The position numbers and the translations under genes were made by a program. Source: Paraspadella gotoi (taxonomy: Eukaryota; Animalia; Chaetognatha). Taken from it: a stretch of 64,000 bases of DNA. The stretch lies in assembly GCA_051294375.1 (NCBI GenBank), contig CM119263.1, positions 20,736,115 through 20,800,114 on the forward strand. Direction: 5' to 3'. Positions within the stretch are counted from its first letter, which is position 1. Every line of letters begins with the position of its first letter. This document shows positions 24,101-36,075 of this stretch, piece by piece. The notes beneath the pieces are model-generated. The model worked only from the letters and a program-made list of their open reading frames with translations, was not told where the DNA came from and searched no databases.

Positions 24101-27100
24101 TTCTGGTCGACTCTTCTGGCTTCAGCGTCGTCACAGTCGAGAACCAGACGATAGCCTCCTGCGACAACAACAACAACAACGACAGCAACGACAAAGTCGC
24201 GTCACTTTTTGGCGCCGAAATGTGTCGACGCCCGACGATAGAGGGCGGAGGTGGAGATTTCTCTTTGAAGGCGACTTTGACGCAGGTTTTTATGGGACGG
24301 GAAAGACAAGTGACGAACAAATTAACAACCAAAAAAACGAACAATTTATGCTAATGACCTATGATCATATAATGAAGATCTAATATTGGTCAATCTAAGG
24401 TCATTGTCAAAGCTAGGGCAAAGTGACCGTGTGGATAGACCGGTTCGGAGAAAAAGGAGAGAGGAAGGGTTTAGAGAGAGAGACCGGTGGTAAGTCGCCT
24501 CATCCCCCCCTCAAGTTCGGACCTTAGGGGTTCGAACTGACCCTATTTACAGTTGAGGTGACTTGTACTACTAATTAATGAACAAAGTACTTTACAATAT
24601 TGTTTCTCCTTTGGGGAATATTTGGGAAAACAATAAGGTCTAAGAGAAACAATTGGGGGGACCCACAAAAAGGGGTTTGTCTTCTACAATAAATATTTTC
24701 ATATATCTCTTCACAAAAAAAAAATATTTTGGGAAGAAATTTTACAACAAGGAAGTAGGGAGATAGGAAAAATGATTTGTTTGGTCAAAGTGTTATGATG
24801 ATTGCTTGCTGTACAATATATATCTACTAGATATATATTGTATTAGATGTTTAAGATCTATCAGTCATTCGCGAGATCCGTGATTGTTAGATACCCGGTT
24901 ATCAGCGCTATCACCAAATCATCACCAGTTGGTCACTGTTACAATTAATCACAACTTGCCTAACAGCAAGTAATCGTCAAAAACAAAATCATCAACAGCT
25001 GGTTATTTCACGATTTAACCAAGCTTGCCTAACAGCAAGCAATCATCATAACACTTTGACCAAACAAATCATTTTTCCTATCTCCATACTTCCTTGTTGT
25101 AAAATTGATATCATATAGTCCTTCAGAACCCAGACGATGGTATTGTCTTGCACGTGCTTGTCTTTGAGGTTAGAGTTGTGTTGGTTGTTGAGTCGATCGT
25201 TGTCGTGGTGGCCATTATTGCTGTTGCTGTAGAGGTTCTTGTTGACGTTGCTGTTGAGGTTGGGCTGCCTGAGGATAAAAAAAAATTGTTCTATTATTTG
25301 TTTGACCTTCCCCCCTAGGAAACGACTCGCCTGTTGCTGTTGGTGGTCGTCCTCTTCTTGGGGCTGCTGGAGGTGTTGGTTGGACATTCGGTTCGGTTGT
25401 TGCTGGCTTGATCCTGTTGATGAGATCTTCTCTTGTCCTTGGCCGGGGATGTCCACTGTGAAGGTCTTGTCATCTCTAGAGACTACTTTGTAAGGGCCCA
25501 AGTAGGGCACAGCTAGCGAGTGGCCCTGTTGGCCGCGGAGCACAAAAACCCAGTTTGCTGAGGCAAGACTGTGAGGAAGATGAACAGGTGGGTTTGAGTG
25601 CCAATTAGGAACTACTGGTCTCAACAATACAACGTTGTGTCTCAAGTTTTGCAGCTCGTTTTGGGCATATGCTCTTGTTGGCTGTGTACCTATTACCAGT
25701 TCGCCTGGGATTGCTATTGTATCTCCGAATACAAGTTCTGCTGATGATGCTTTTAGGACTTCTTTTGGTGCGGACCTGAGTCCTAATAAGACCCAGGGTT
25801 GTTGATTGAACCAGTTTGCGCCGGACGCATCCCAACGCACTTTCAATGATGCCTTCATGGTACGGTGAAACCATTCGACCATCCCGTTCGCCTGCGGGTG
25901 GTAAGCTGTGGTGGTGTTAAGCTTGTAGCCTATAGCTTGGCTCAGCTTATGCCACAATTCAGAAGTGAATTGTGTTCCACGGTCGGAAGTGACCGTGGCT
26001 GGTACACCGAATCTGGCGATCAAGTTCTGAAGGAAGGCTGTTGCTACGGTTACTACAGAGATATCCCGAAGGGGATATGCTTCAGGCCAACGAGAAAAAC
26101 GGTCTACACAGGTTAAAAGGTATGTGTAAACGCCTGAGGTGGGCAAGGGACCCACCAAGTCAATGTGAATGTGTTCGAAACGTCTGCTGCGCTGGCAGTC
26201 AAGGCAGGCCTGAGCCCATTTTGCCATGTCTGACGCGGCTTTTGGCCAAACAAATCTCTTTGTTACCAGCTTTTTTGTTCATCTGACGCTCGGGTGAGCG
26301 AGGTTGTGGATGGCATCATATACTCAACGGCGTCATGTTGTGGGAACCAAGGGGCGCGCCCTGCCTGAACTGACATCGCAGATGATGTCAAAGTCGTTCA
26401 GGCGAACTATCTTGAATCGCAGGCTGGTGTGGGCGTCCGCCAGGAGTCGCTGGATCTCCTTGTCGGAACTTTGGTCGCTGACTAAAGCGGCAAAATCGAC
26501 GCCTTGGGGGCCAACTGCGTTGACCGTTGCGACCAACGAGGGCTTTTCTGAAGGTCCTGATGCTCCTTCAGGTTCTGGGCCGCTGCTTGCTGGGCTGATG
26601 ATTCTTGATTGTGTGTCCGCTACCTATATCATCACCCTAATCATTGTCCGTCATTAATAAAACTATTGTCAACCAAATACTTTGTCACTTATTATTTACC
26701 CTCGTTATTTGACTGAACGTCAACGGTACATTAACAAATTAACAATGAAAAACTATTAAAATTATTAATCAAGGAATATTGTATCAATTACTACATAGAT
26801 AAAAACGTAAAAATGTATCTATTATTTCGATTTCGCTGTTGATCCGCATCATTTTGCATCAGGTCTTTTTGTGGATCTCCCTCGTCTCACTGACGAGCGT
26901 CTCGGCCCTCCTGCAAACTTCGCCGACCAAATCGTTCTACTCCGGTCTCCAACTTCAGATGATCGTCGCTTTGATCCTCAACAACCTTCTCTTCGTCACG
27001 GCCGGGTTCGTCGACGGCAGCGGCGACTTATGCAAAGCCGTCGCCGTCCTCCTGCACCTGTTCCTCCTAGCGGGTCTCTCTTGGACCACCTGCTTGGCAG

Positions 27101-27747
27101 GCTGCATCTGTTACGGCCTCTGGCGCCTGGTCGAGGACGCCACGTCGATGTTCCTTGTCTCTCGGCCGGCGTCGTTTCTCGGCGAACGGAAGTTCTTGGG
27201 GGTGTCCGCGGCGATCTGGGCGGCGCCATCGGCGATCGTTCTCTTCTTCGTTCTCGCCGACGAAGCGCTGGCGCCCGGTAGCGTCGGCTACGGCGCCAGC
27301 GGTGTCTGCTGGATCGGCGACCGACATGCCCTGGCGCTGGCTCTTGTGGCGCCGGTCGGAGTCGCCTTTCTCGTCAACCTGCTACTGATCCTGGCCATCC
27401 TGCTGCTACTTCGGCGTCTGTCTAGATCCGGCTCCGTTTCCGGCCGCTGCGTTCGCCGCAGCGTGAATCTGACGGCGGTGTTTTTCCGGTTGGCGGCGAC
27501 GTTTGGCCTCCAATGGGTCTTCGGATTCCTCCTTCATTTTATCTCTTCTGACGTCCTTGAGTTTCTCTTCGTTGCCGCTACGTCGCTGCAGGGGGCGTTC
27601 GTCGCCGTCGCCGTCGTCGTCTCCGCCGAATGGAAGCAGCGCCCGGCGTGGCAGAGCCTTTTGGGGGCGTGGCGGAAAAGGCGCGGCGTTGTGGAACCCG
27701 ACACCGGGGTACAAGCGGAGACGACGAAAGATATGGAACGATGTTGA
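21113..27747 (+). CDS. Somatomedin-B-domain, family-B (adhesion/Methuselah-like) 7TM receptor, ~697 aa. Exons: 21113-21194, 21274-21409, 22699-23298, 23686-23863, 24073-24285, 26863-27747
   Basis: Signal peptide MIFFPAIFCAIICVVFG; SMB cysteine pattern TCHNRC..CQCDELCAQMEDCCVDYERIC; Cys-rich ectodomain (FANVHCFRC); 7TM region with CKAVAVLLHLFLLA..W, GYG..GVCWI, FGLQWVFG, SLQG. Exon phases are consistent (2094 nt in total) if intron 3 is GC-AG. Confidence 0.85.
21967..22459 (+). mobile_element. Solo LTR of the tRNA-cassette TRIM, with a second element inserted at 22196-22450
   Basis: Outer TSD ATAA. The LTR end TGTCT|CTTCA is split by an insertion with TSD GTCT. Confidence 0.85.
22196..22450 (-). 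mobile_element. Hairpin-rich solo-LTR-like element (family 2); partial second copy at ~40907-41053
   Basis: 255 bp, 4-bp TSD GTCT; the minus strand reads TGTGGCGG...GCCATA. GC-rich, with several short inverted repeats. Confidence 0.7.
25046..26560 (-). mobile_element. Ty3/Gypsy integrase fragment in the last intron of the receptor gene
   Basis: RFEHIHIDLVGPLP, LLTCVDRFSRWPEA, SDRGTQFTS, TTAYHPQANGMVE, PYLGPYKV. Clearly homologous to the 3' part of pol at 33076-36075; 5' truncated and frameshifted. Confidence 0.9.
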
Positions 27748-28168
27748 CTGTTGTGTCGTTTTTAGTCGGATCAGCTTATCAGCAGATTCCGATTCTATGA
27801 TTCACTTTGTCGGTCCGTCGGTCTCACCCCCCAAATCTTGTCGGGCATTCTAAGGTGTGGATAGGAATCTGTGATTGAGCTGGATATAAAATTTTAATAG
27901 AATCGTCCGAATGGAAATGAGTTTAAATGGAAAAATCATAAGTCACGTTTACTTGAATCTTTTTTCTTATAATTACTCTAATTAATCCTAATTGGATAAA
28001 TGGATTGAGATGAAATTTTGTGTGTGTGAAGGAAAGTAAGTGCTTGAACTGAATATAAAATTTAAATGGAAAAAAAACAAACGTCACTTTTACTTAAATT
28101 TTTTAAAAATTTTAAAGTTTCTCTTTTTCTCTCACTGAGATAAAATGATGGATGGGCTGATTAATCAG

Positions 28169-29343
28169 TAAGGCGTAGTGAAAGTTGCAGATCAAAATTC
28201 GAATAGTTGTTCAATGTTCATGAACAGTCTTGTACTAAAGAACATTGATATATAAAGAATTTTTTTAAAAAAATTTGTTAATTTTTGCATACGCTCATAT
28301 TTATATATAGTACTTACCATAGAACATGTCAAAATTTAAAAATAGTTTTTTTTTAGTTTTGAAAGCAGATTCGAATTCCTATAAAAAGTTGATAAAAGAA
28401 AATATAAGTCTTAATCAAAAATTCTTTCATTAAGTTAGTTAAAAATTAAAAAAACTATATTTTTTATACTTAAATTAATAATAATAGTTTTTTAACATTT
28501 TGACCCCCTCAATGAAATAATTTTTTAAAAAGTGTTATATTTCCTTCTATCAACTTTTCGTGAGGAATTCGAATCTACTTTCAAAATAAAAAAAATAAAA
28601 AATTTAAAATTTTAACATGGGCATATGCAAAAATTGAAAAATGTTTGCAGGTACAAGCTTGTTCGTAATCTACTATTCGAATTTTGATTCTACTGAAGAG
28701 ACAGTGATTATTTATATGTGTTAATGACAGAACCGTTCAATATAAGCAGTCCCTGAGCTTCGGATCAGGCTGTGACACCATGTTACAGGCGGGTTAAGCG
28801 CCCCTTCCTTCTTAACTGATAGGCGGCCACCGGGCTAGAACCCCGGACCTTTGGGTTGGGAGGCGAATGACTTGCCTCCGGCACCAATGGCCGCTGATGA
28901 ATGGTTGGTGGATTTTAGTCCACCATACATCCCCCCTCCTGTAGGGAGAAGTCTGTTGCGTCTCTTCAGTGAATTGTTGTTGGTGGAAAGTTCGTCACCA
29001 AGTTGAAGCATCTCGCCTGATGTGTTGTGGGCGGAAAGTGCATCGCCAGGTTGAGGCATGTTGCCTGAAAGTGTTGTCGTTGCTGTTGTGTTCGATAGTC
29101 GGGCTCACCAATGAAGAGACAGTGATTATTTATATGTGTTAATGACAGAACCGTTCAATATAAGCAGTCCCTGAGCTTTAAGGCGGGTTAAGCGCCCCGT
29201 CCTTCTTAACTGATAGGCGGCCACCGGGCTAGAACCCCGGACCTTTGGGTTGGGAGGCGAATGACTTGCCTCCGGCACCAATGGCCACTGATGAACGGTT
29301 GGTGGACTATACTACTTAATTTTAATACTTTTGCTATGCTTTA
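28169..29343. mobile_element. hAT-like MITE (TAAGGCGTAG termini) hosting the reverse TRIM copy
   Basis: Termini TAAGGCGTAG...CTATGCTTTA, 8-bp TSD TTAATCAG; related to 49260-49876. Confidence 0.7.
28694..29306 (-). mobile_element. TRIM with tRNA-like cassette, reverse two-LTR copy
   Basis: LTRs at 28694-28927 and 29112-29306 (the latter with small deletions). Internal region, PBS and PPT are similar to 14783-14971. Confidence 0.85.
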
Positions 29344-31155
29344 TTAATCAGTTGTTTGAATGATTGATTGATAGATTTTCCTTATATCAATAATTGATTA
29401 ATTAATACAAGTTGACAAAATTATGCAAGTTGACAAAATTATGCAAGTTGACAAAATTATATAAGTTGATAAAATTATACAAGTTGATAAAAGTATGCCA
29501 GTTGGTATTGGCGCAGATACTGGTTCATTGATAAATCAATTGATTTATAATTTTTCATAGATTTATTAGGAAGTCAATTATGATTTATTAAGTTATATTT
29601 TGTTATAATCTGTTAAGATCACAAATTGAAAGTCAGAAAGAATTATCATTTTTTATCACTTAATTTACCACTTAATTTACCACTTAATTATCGTAGGCAG
29701 ATCCGACATTGTTTGCTCAAACTTGTTTTAATGTTTAGTCATTAGTGATAGTTGACGTTTTTTATCGTCGTACATTGTGATATTATTTGATATAAAATTG
29801 GTACGACCAATATAAAGAAGTATTTTGTGATATTACATATTACTACTAGTAGTTGTTATATGTTGTGTTTAGATCTTTGATATCGTTCCAAATTCTTCAA
29901 CTTTCCGCATTTAGATTTTAAATTGGGCGAAATACGCGGAAATCAGTTGCATGCAAAATTTCTAGCGGCAATTAAAAAAAAACAATTAGGCAATAAGTAT
30001 TTATTTCAATTATATAAAATAGTAATCGGGGTAGAAAAAGTTTATTCCTTCTTCCCGACTCTATAATTCACTTTGTCGGTCCGTCGGTCCGCCCCCCTCA
30101 ATCTTGTCGGGCATTCACTTATATCATGTCAGAACAATCGAATTATGATAAATTATGCAAAAAAAACGATGTCCCTCTGTCCGTCTGTCTGTCCGTCCGT
30201 CCGTCCGTCCGTCCCACCTTAGCAAAAAACACCAATTACTCGTGATTGGATGGAATCGTCCGAGTGGAAATGAGTTTAAATGGAAAAAACAAAAAAATAT
30301 ATTTCACTATTTGAACACTCATGAGTGGATGGGGCGATTGACTTGAAATTTTGTATTTGGGTGGAAAAGTGTGTGATTTAAACTGGAAATCAAGTTTCGA
30401 TGGAATCGTTTGAGTGGAAATGAGTTTAAATGGAAAAAACAAAGAACCTGTTTCACTAATTGATTATGCTTCTTTTTCTTTTTATTTTAAATGTAAATAC
30501 AAGATGTATTAATTAATGAAATAATTAATTAGTTAATTAATCAATTAGTCAATTAATTAATAAATAATTAATTAATCAGTTAATTAATCAATCAAAACGA
30601 ACATTTTGGATCAAATTAATTGCATAATTGCATAATTAATTAAATAATTAACTTGAATAAATTAATTATTAATTAATTAAATAATTAATTATTAATTAAT
30701 TAATAATTAATTAATTACCGATAATGATCGTGGCAGATCCGACATTGTTTGCTCAAACTTGTTATACTACAGAATAGGAAAATATATCATAGTATACAGT
30801 TTTTCAAGGGCTTTCAGGCAATAAAAATATTATTGTTATTTTTTGAAAGACTTTTTTTTATAAAGTATAAAGAAAGAAAAAAAAAATTATTTAACAACAT
30901 TAGGCTATCGAGTAAGGAAAACATTTTCTAAGCTATCTTTTGCCTCTTCCTTTTAAAGTAGAAGTAAACCGAAAGAAATGATATTTATACATAAAAAATG
31001 AGTATGTCTCGTCTTTAAGTATTTCTTTTTAAAATGTTAAAATCTCTTAACATTTTCCTTTGGTGAATTTTTTCTTGCTGTGGGTTTCAAATGGTAACCT
31101 GTTTACATGGAAATTCGATGTTTTTTTATCTAAAATATTCGTTGACAGCCAATAC

Positions 31156-32139
31156 TAGGGCGTTGAAAAATAACGAAATATAACAAATCAAGTGAGGTAC
31201 ATAGCTATTTTAGTGTAATAAAGTCTGTAGAATTCGATGATGATAACCATTTTTTTGTATAGTCTCATCTTCTTTGTCGGAAATGGCGATTCTTGCAGCA
31301 TATAAGGTGCTATTAAAATGGAGCAAACATTGTAGAGTATAAGAAACTCAAATTATTAAGATTTTATAAAAGCCATATTTAACTTACATAATATGAAAAT
31401 AAAGACCCATATAAATATTTGGTAAGTTTATTTACAAATTTTATATTTATTAATAAGTTTGTGAGCTATATTTATTAATAAATAATAATAAAAATAAGCT
31501 AAAGTGAAAAATAAAAATTTTAAAATTTTAAAACCGGATTTGAATTCCTTACAAAAAGTTACGTATAAGAAAGTATAATCCATTTTAAAAAAATCTTTCA
31601 TTAAGTAGGTTAAAAATATTAAAAACTATTATTTTTGTTTAATTTTTCAATTTTCGCTTAAAATTATAGTTTTTCTGAATTTTGACCAACTTAATGACAT
31701 AATTTTGATATAAAAATTATATTTTCTTATATCAACGTTTCCAAAGAATGCAAATCATGAAAAATTTTTGAAATTATTATTTTTTAACTTTAGCCCAATT
31801 TTTACTCATAATTATTAATAAATATAGTTAACTAACTTTTTATAAAACATAAAATTTAAAAATAAACTTACCAAAATATTTTTATAAGTCTTTATTTTTA
31901 TATTTCAAAAGCTCATATAATTTTTTTAAAATTTTAATAATTTGATTTATCATAACTTATAATGGTTTTGCTATTTTCTATAACAAATTTTATAAACATT
32001 AAAAACCGCCATTTCCGACAAGAAAGATAAAATTATACAAAAAAATGGTCATCACCGTCGAATTCTACAGACTACATTACACTAAAATAGCTATGTACCT
32101 CACTTGATTTGTTATATTTTGTTATTTTTCAACGCTCTA
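31156..32139. mobile_element. hAT-like MITE (TAGGGCG termini)
   Basis: Long imperfect TIRs and 8-bp TSD GCCAATAC. Confidence 0.85.
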
Positions 32140-33075
32140 GCCAATACCATATATTATGTAGCCAAGTAGTTCTGAGTTTTTGACATGTAATTAGTTTAAT
32201 TGTTTGTTAAAATTTTGAGTCCATGTTGGAGTGAATTACAGAAACAATAGCTGATGTATACACGTCGTGGTTTTTTATGGTGCAACAGTTATACACAAAA
32301 AATGACAAATGGCCAAGTGTGGTTAGTAGAAGAAGAAAACTCATGAAGTTCAAAAAATAAAATTCGAAATAATTAAAGCGCACTAAATTCACCAACGCAA
32401 TTCATCACGCAAAATATCATGTCAGAGAGTTTGCCCGCTCTGCCAAATTTTTAAAAAGATACTAAGATAAAATCTCTAACCAGAGATGTGGACGCGATCC
32501 GGAACGCGTAAGCGAACACTGTGGAAGCGGCCGATTTTTGAGGAACGCAAATCTGGGAGCAATAAAACAAGTTTGAGCAAACAATGTCGGATCTGCCTAN
32601 NNNNNNNNNNNNNNNNNNNNNNNNNNNNNNNNNNNNNNNNNNNNNNNNNNNNNNNNNNNNNNNNNNNNNNNNNNNNNNNNNNNNNNNNNNNNNNNNNNNT
32701 GTCGTCGTTGTTGTTGTTGTTATCAGATGAGCTTCTACACATCCCCCCCCAAGCACTGGTGTTGACTTGATTTATGCCAGTAGGTGATATGTTGTGGCTC
32801 ATCGTCGTCTTGACTTGGCTCGGAAAGCGTGATAGGAGAGGAAAACGTTGTTTGACTCGTCTATCGGGTTGGATGCGTGTCGGAGCTGGCGCGGATTTTG
32901 TGCGCGGCGCCCCTTTGCGGCGCGGCTGTCTAATTGATGGCCGGTGTCTAGTTGCGGTGACTCTGGGATTGACGAGCGTGATGATGTCGAACTTGATCGA
33001 CGTGGCTGATGGGCAGTGCCTGAGATTTTGGGGGGACGCCCGCGAGTTGGAGCGATTGGAGGCGCCGGTGGATTT

Positions 33076-36075
33076 TCAGAGTCGATGGCGGCGAGGTTGA
33101 TTGCGGTCCAACGTTACCGTTTCTGGGCCTCGACCAGGGACGTCTATGACGACGTTGCGTTGGCGTCGTTCAAGGATCCGGTATGGGCCAGAGTAAGGTT
33201 GGGCAAGGGCGCCGCTGTTGGGAGGTCGTCGGATGAAAACAAAATCTGTTTCATCCAGAGAGTTAGGGATTTTGGTCGAAGTTTGGCCATGCGCAGTGCC
33301 GGGGATTGGTCGCATTAAGGCAACGTCAAAACGAAGTTTTCGTAGCGTCTCTGCGCGTGCGCCATCATCCACTTCCGGTTGTGGATCTCCTGTGTTGATT
33401 AGCTCGCCAGGCACGGTTAATACATCACCTGTGACAAGTTCTGCTGGCGATGCATTGAGGTCAGCCTTGTGAGTTGTTCGCAAGCCCAGGAGTACCCAAG
33501 GGAGCTGGCTCACCCACTTGTCCGCGGCTTCCTCGCAGCGAGCTTTCAGAGACGATTTGAGGGTGCGGTGCATTCGCTCTACCATTCCGTTTGCTTGGGG
33601 ATGGTAAGCGGTTGTCAAAGTGAGCTTGAAACCAATTGTATCTGCAAGTTGGCGCCACAGTTCTGATGTAAACTGTGCGCCTCTGTCTGTTGTCACTGTG
33701 GCTGGGACGCCAAAACGGGCTACCCAGTTCTGGAGAAAGGCGGAAGCGACAGTTGATGCAGTCGTGTCTTGGATTGGAATTGCCTCTGGCCAGCGAGTGT
33801 ATCTGTCGACGCAAGTTAGAAGGTGGGTGTGGCCGGATGAGTGAGGGAGAGGCCCAACCAAGTCAACGTGTACATGCTCGAAACGTTTCTCAACTTGAGG
33901 GAATTCTTGTGGTGGCGCTCGGATATGGGTATGGATTTTTGCGCGTTGGCAGGTCGTGCATGTTCGTGTCCATTCTGCTACATTGGAGGAAGCTGATGGC
34001 CAAGTGAAGCGGCTGGTAAGCAGTTTTTTGGTTGCACGAACGCCAGGGTGGGAAAGGCCATGGATCACCTCAAAAACGCGCCGGCGCCAATTCTCTGGGA
34101 CCAGCGGTCGCGCGCGGCCACTGCTGACATCACAGAGGATGTCAATACCATCGACTTGGACTCTTTGGAGGCGAAGGCTTGTATGGGCATCTGCGAGGAG
34201 GCGTTGCACATCCTCGTCGTCAGACTGATCGCGCGCCATTGTTTCAAAATCGATTCCGTTTGGGCTTACGGCGTTTATGGTTGCTCGTAGCGTCGGAGTT
34301 GCGGCCGGAGGAAGTTCGACGCGGGAAAGAGCGTCGGCAACGGAGTTGGCTTTCCCTTCGATGTACTGGATATCAGTTGTGTATTCTGATATCGCCGCGA
34401 GCTGATACGCCTGGCGCATTGTATGGGGTTCAGCTTTTTTTCTGATAGCTGGAACCAAGCTGTTGTGGTCTGAGAAAAGAGAAAAAGGTCGGCCTTCGAT
34501 AAATGGGCGAAAGTGGCGGACGGCGCGGAATGCTGCTAGCAACTCGCGGTCGAACGGTGGCCATTTCCTTTGGTGCTGCTGCAGCGGCGCTGAGAAAAAA
34601 CCTAGCGGCTTCCATTTTCCGTTGACGGCTTGTTCGAGAACGCCACCTATGGCGGTTAAGGAGGCATCTACTGTGAGGGCGAGCTGTGCATCTTCGCGAG
34701 GGTGCACTAACATTGTTGCTGATGCAAGGGCTTCCTTGGCAGCTGTAAAGGCTTCCTCACATTCCGGAGTCCAGTTGAGGCGTTGAGGCTTCCCGCGAAG
34801 TGCTTCGTAGAGTGGCTCAAGGACGTGAGCGGCGTGTGGAACGAAACGCCGATAGTAGTTTAGTACGCCGAGAAATCTCTGGAGGTCCTTGATGGATGCG
34901 GGAGTCGGGAAACGATTGATGTCGTTGACTCGGCTAGGGAGCGGGGTGACGCCATGTGCATCGACGTGATACCCCAGGAATTCGAGTGATGGGGCACCAA
35001 AAACGCACTTGGAACGGTTGATAATTAAACCGTTGTTTTCCAGGGCATTAAAGACGCGAGTGAGATCGTCGATGTGCTCGTCAACTGATGAAGAGGCGAC
35101 TAGAATGTCGTCTAGATAGACGAATACATGAGGGATTCCAGATAAGATGGCATCCATCATTCTCTGGAAATCCTGAGCAGCGTTTTTAAGCCCGAACGGC
35201 GTTCTCAGGTATTCCCAGAGGCCGAAAGGAGTGATGACCGCTGTTTTTGGGATATCGGCTTTGTTGACAGGGATTTGGTGGTATCCCTTGTAAAGATCGA
35301 CTTTGGAAAATATGATTTTTCCCGAGATTTCTGAGTTGAAATCAGAAATGTGTCTGATTGGGTAGCGGTCATCTTTTGTTGCGGCATTTAAACGGCGGTA
35401 GTCTCCGCATGGCCTGAGACTCCCGTCGGGTTTTGTCACGACATGTAGTGGCGATGCCCATGGGCTGCGGCTTTTTCTCACAATGCCTAGCTTCTCGAGT
35501 TTTTCGAATTCTGCCTTGGCGGCAGCGAGTTTGTCGGGGGCTAGGCGGCGCGCGCGGGCGTGTACTGGAGGGCCCTCGGTGAGAATGTGATGCTCAACCC
35601 CATGGCGAGGTTGGGCCGGGTCGAATGATGGCGTCGTGAGAGCGGGGCGGGCATCAAGGAGCTGAGTGAACACATTATGGACGTGATTCACTCTGAATGA
35701 TCGGGCAAGTTTAACTTTGCCCGTGACTGTTGTGAAATCTTCGCAGTCGACGAGGACTTCTAGTTTCGGGAAAGGTGCGAGGTTATGACCCATCAGGAAG
35801 TCATTTCCTAAGATGGGTGAGGCGACGTCCGCAACTGTGATGTCCCACTCAAAAGTTCGTTGGCCGAGGCGTAATGTCATTGAGCGCTTGCCATAACAAG
35901 GAATTGGCGTGCCGTTGGCCGCGTGAAGGGGCGTGGCTGCTGGGCCGGCGCGGCGCTCCGAATCGTTTGGTGAGATAAGGGAGACGGACGCACCGGTGTC
36001 GACGAGCCACGTGAGGTCGTTGTTGCTGTCGCGGACGTGGAGCAGGGTTTCGACTGCGCCGGCGGCGGCGCTCAC
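33076..36075 (-). CDS. pol: Gypsy Pol polyprotein (protease, RT, RNase H, integrase)
   Basis: LVDTGAS, PWASPLHVV, CGDYRRLN, PFGLKNA, VYLDDIL, TVDASL, FSDHNSL, HGLSHPG, HVDLVGPLP, TDRGAQF, GPY; 999 aa uninterrupted. Confidence 0.95.
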   Translation of the reverse strand: MSAAAGAVETLLHVRDSNNDLTWLVDTGASVSLISPNDSERRAGPAATPLHAANGTPIPCYGKRSMTLRLGQRTFEWDITVADVASPILGNDFLMGHNLAPFPKLEVLVDCEDFTTVTGKVKLARSFRVNHVHNVFTQLLDARPALTTPSFDPAQPRHGVEHHILTEGPPVHARARRLAPDKLAAAKAEFEKLEKLGIVRKSRSPWASPLHVVTKPDGSLRPCGDYRRLNAATKDDRYPIRHISDFNSEISGKIIFSKVDLYKGYHQIPVNKADIPKTAVITPFGLWEYLRTPFGLKNAAQDFQRMMDAILSGIPHVFVYLDDILVASSSVDEHIDDLTRVFNALENNGLIINRSKCVFGAPSLEFLGYHVDAHGVTPLPSRVNDINRFPTPASIKDLQRFLGVLNYYRRFVPHAAHVLEPLYEALRGKPQRLNWTPECEEAFTAAKEALASATMLVHPREDAQLALTVDASLTAIGGVLEQAVNGKWKPLGFFSAPLQQHQRKWPPFDRELLAAFRAVRHFRPFIEGRPFSLFSDHNSLVPAIRKKAEPHTMRQAYQLAAISEYTTDIQYIEGKANSVADALSRVELPPAATPTLRATINAVSPNGIDFETMARDQSDDEDVQRLLADAHTSLRLQRVQVDGIDILCDVSSGRARPLVPENWRRRVFEVIHGLSHPGVRATKKLLTSRFTWPSASSNVAEWTRTCTTCQRAKIHTHIRAPPQEFPQVEKRFEHVHVDLVGPLPHSSGHTHLLTCVDRYTRWPEAIPIQDTTASTVASAFLQNWVARFGVPATVTTDRGAQFTSELWRQLADTIGFKLTLTTAYHPQANGMVERMHRTLKSSLKARCEEAADKWVSQLPWVLLGLRTTHKADLNASPAELVTGDVLTVPGELINTGDPQPEVDDGARAETLRKLRFDVALMRPIPGTAHGQTSTKIPNSLDETDFVFIRRPPNSGALAQPYSGPYRILERRQRNVVIDVPGRGPETVTLDRNQPRRHRL

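Larger units (their letters stand above)
27760..29727 (+). mobile_element. DINE-1/Helentron-like element (family 2) with a nested MITE and TRIM
   Basis: Starts TTTTAGTCGGATC..CAGATTCCGA and ends GCAGATCCGACATTGTTTGCTCAAACTTGTT (subterminal inverted repeat GTCGGATCTGC). Other copies or fragments at ~30056-30762, ~41966-42870, ~54259-54850, ~53641-53671 and, reversed, at ~13637, ~32566-32598 and ~40670-41410; several carry (GTCC/GTCT)n microsatellites. Confidence 0.7.

Noticed and set aside
28800-28865. Twister-like look (TAACTG..CCGGG..CCCGG..GGGAGG) in the LTR reverse strand
   Set aside because: Lacks the GCC/GGUCCCAAGC pseudoknot core; it is the antisense of the tRNA-like T-arm.
28874-28927. 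CTGATGA in the minus-strand LTR (also at 19983) as a hammerhead core
   Set aside because: No stem II followed by GAAA and no matching stem III/NUH.
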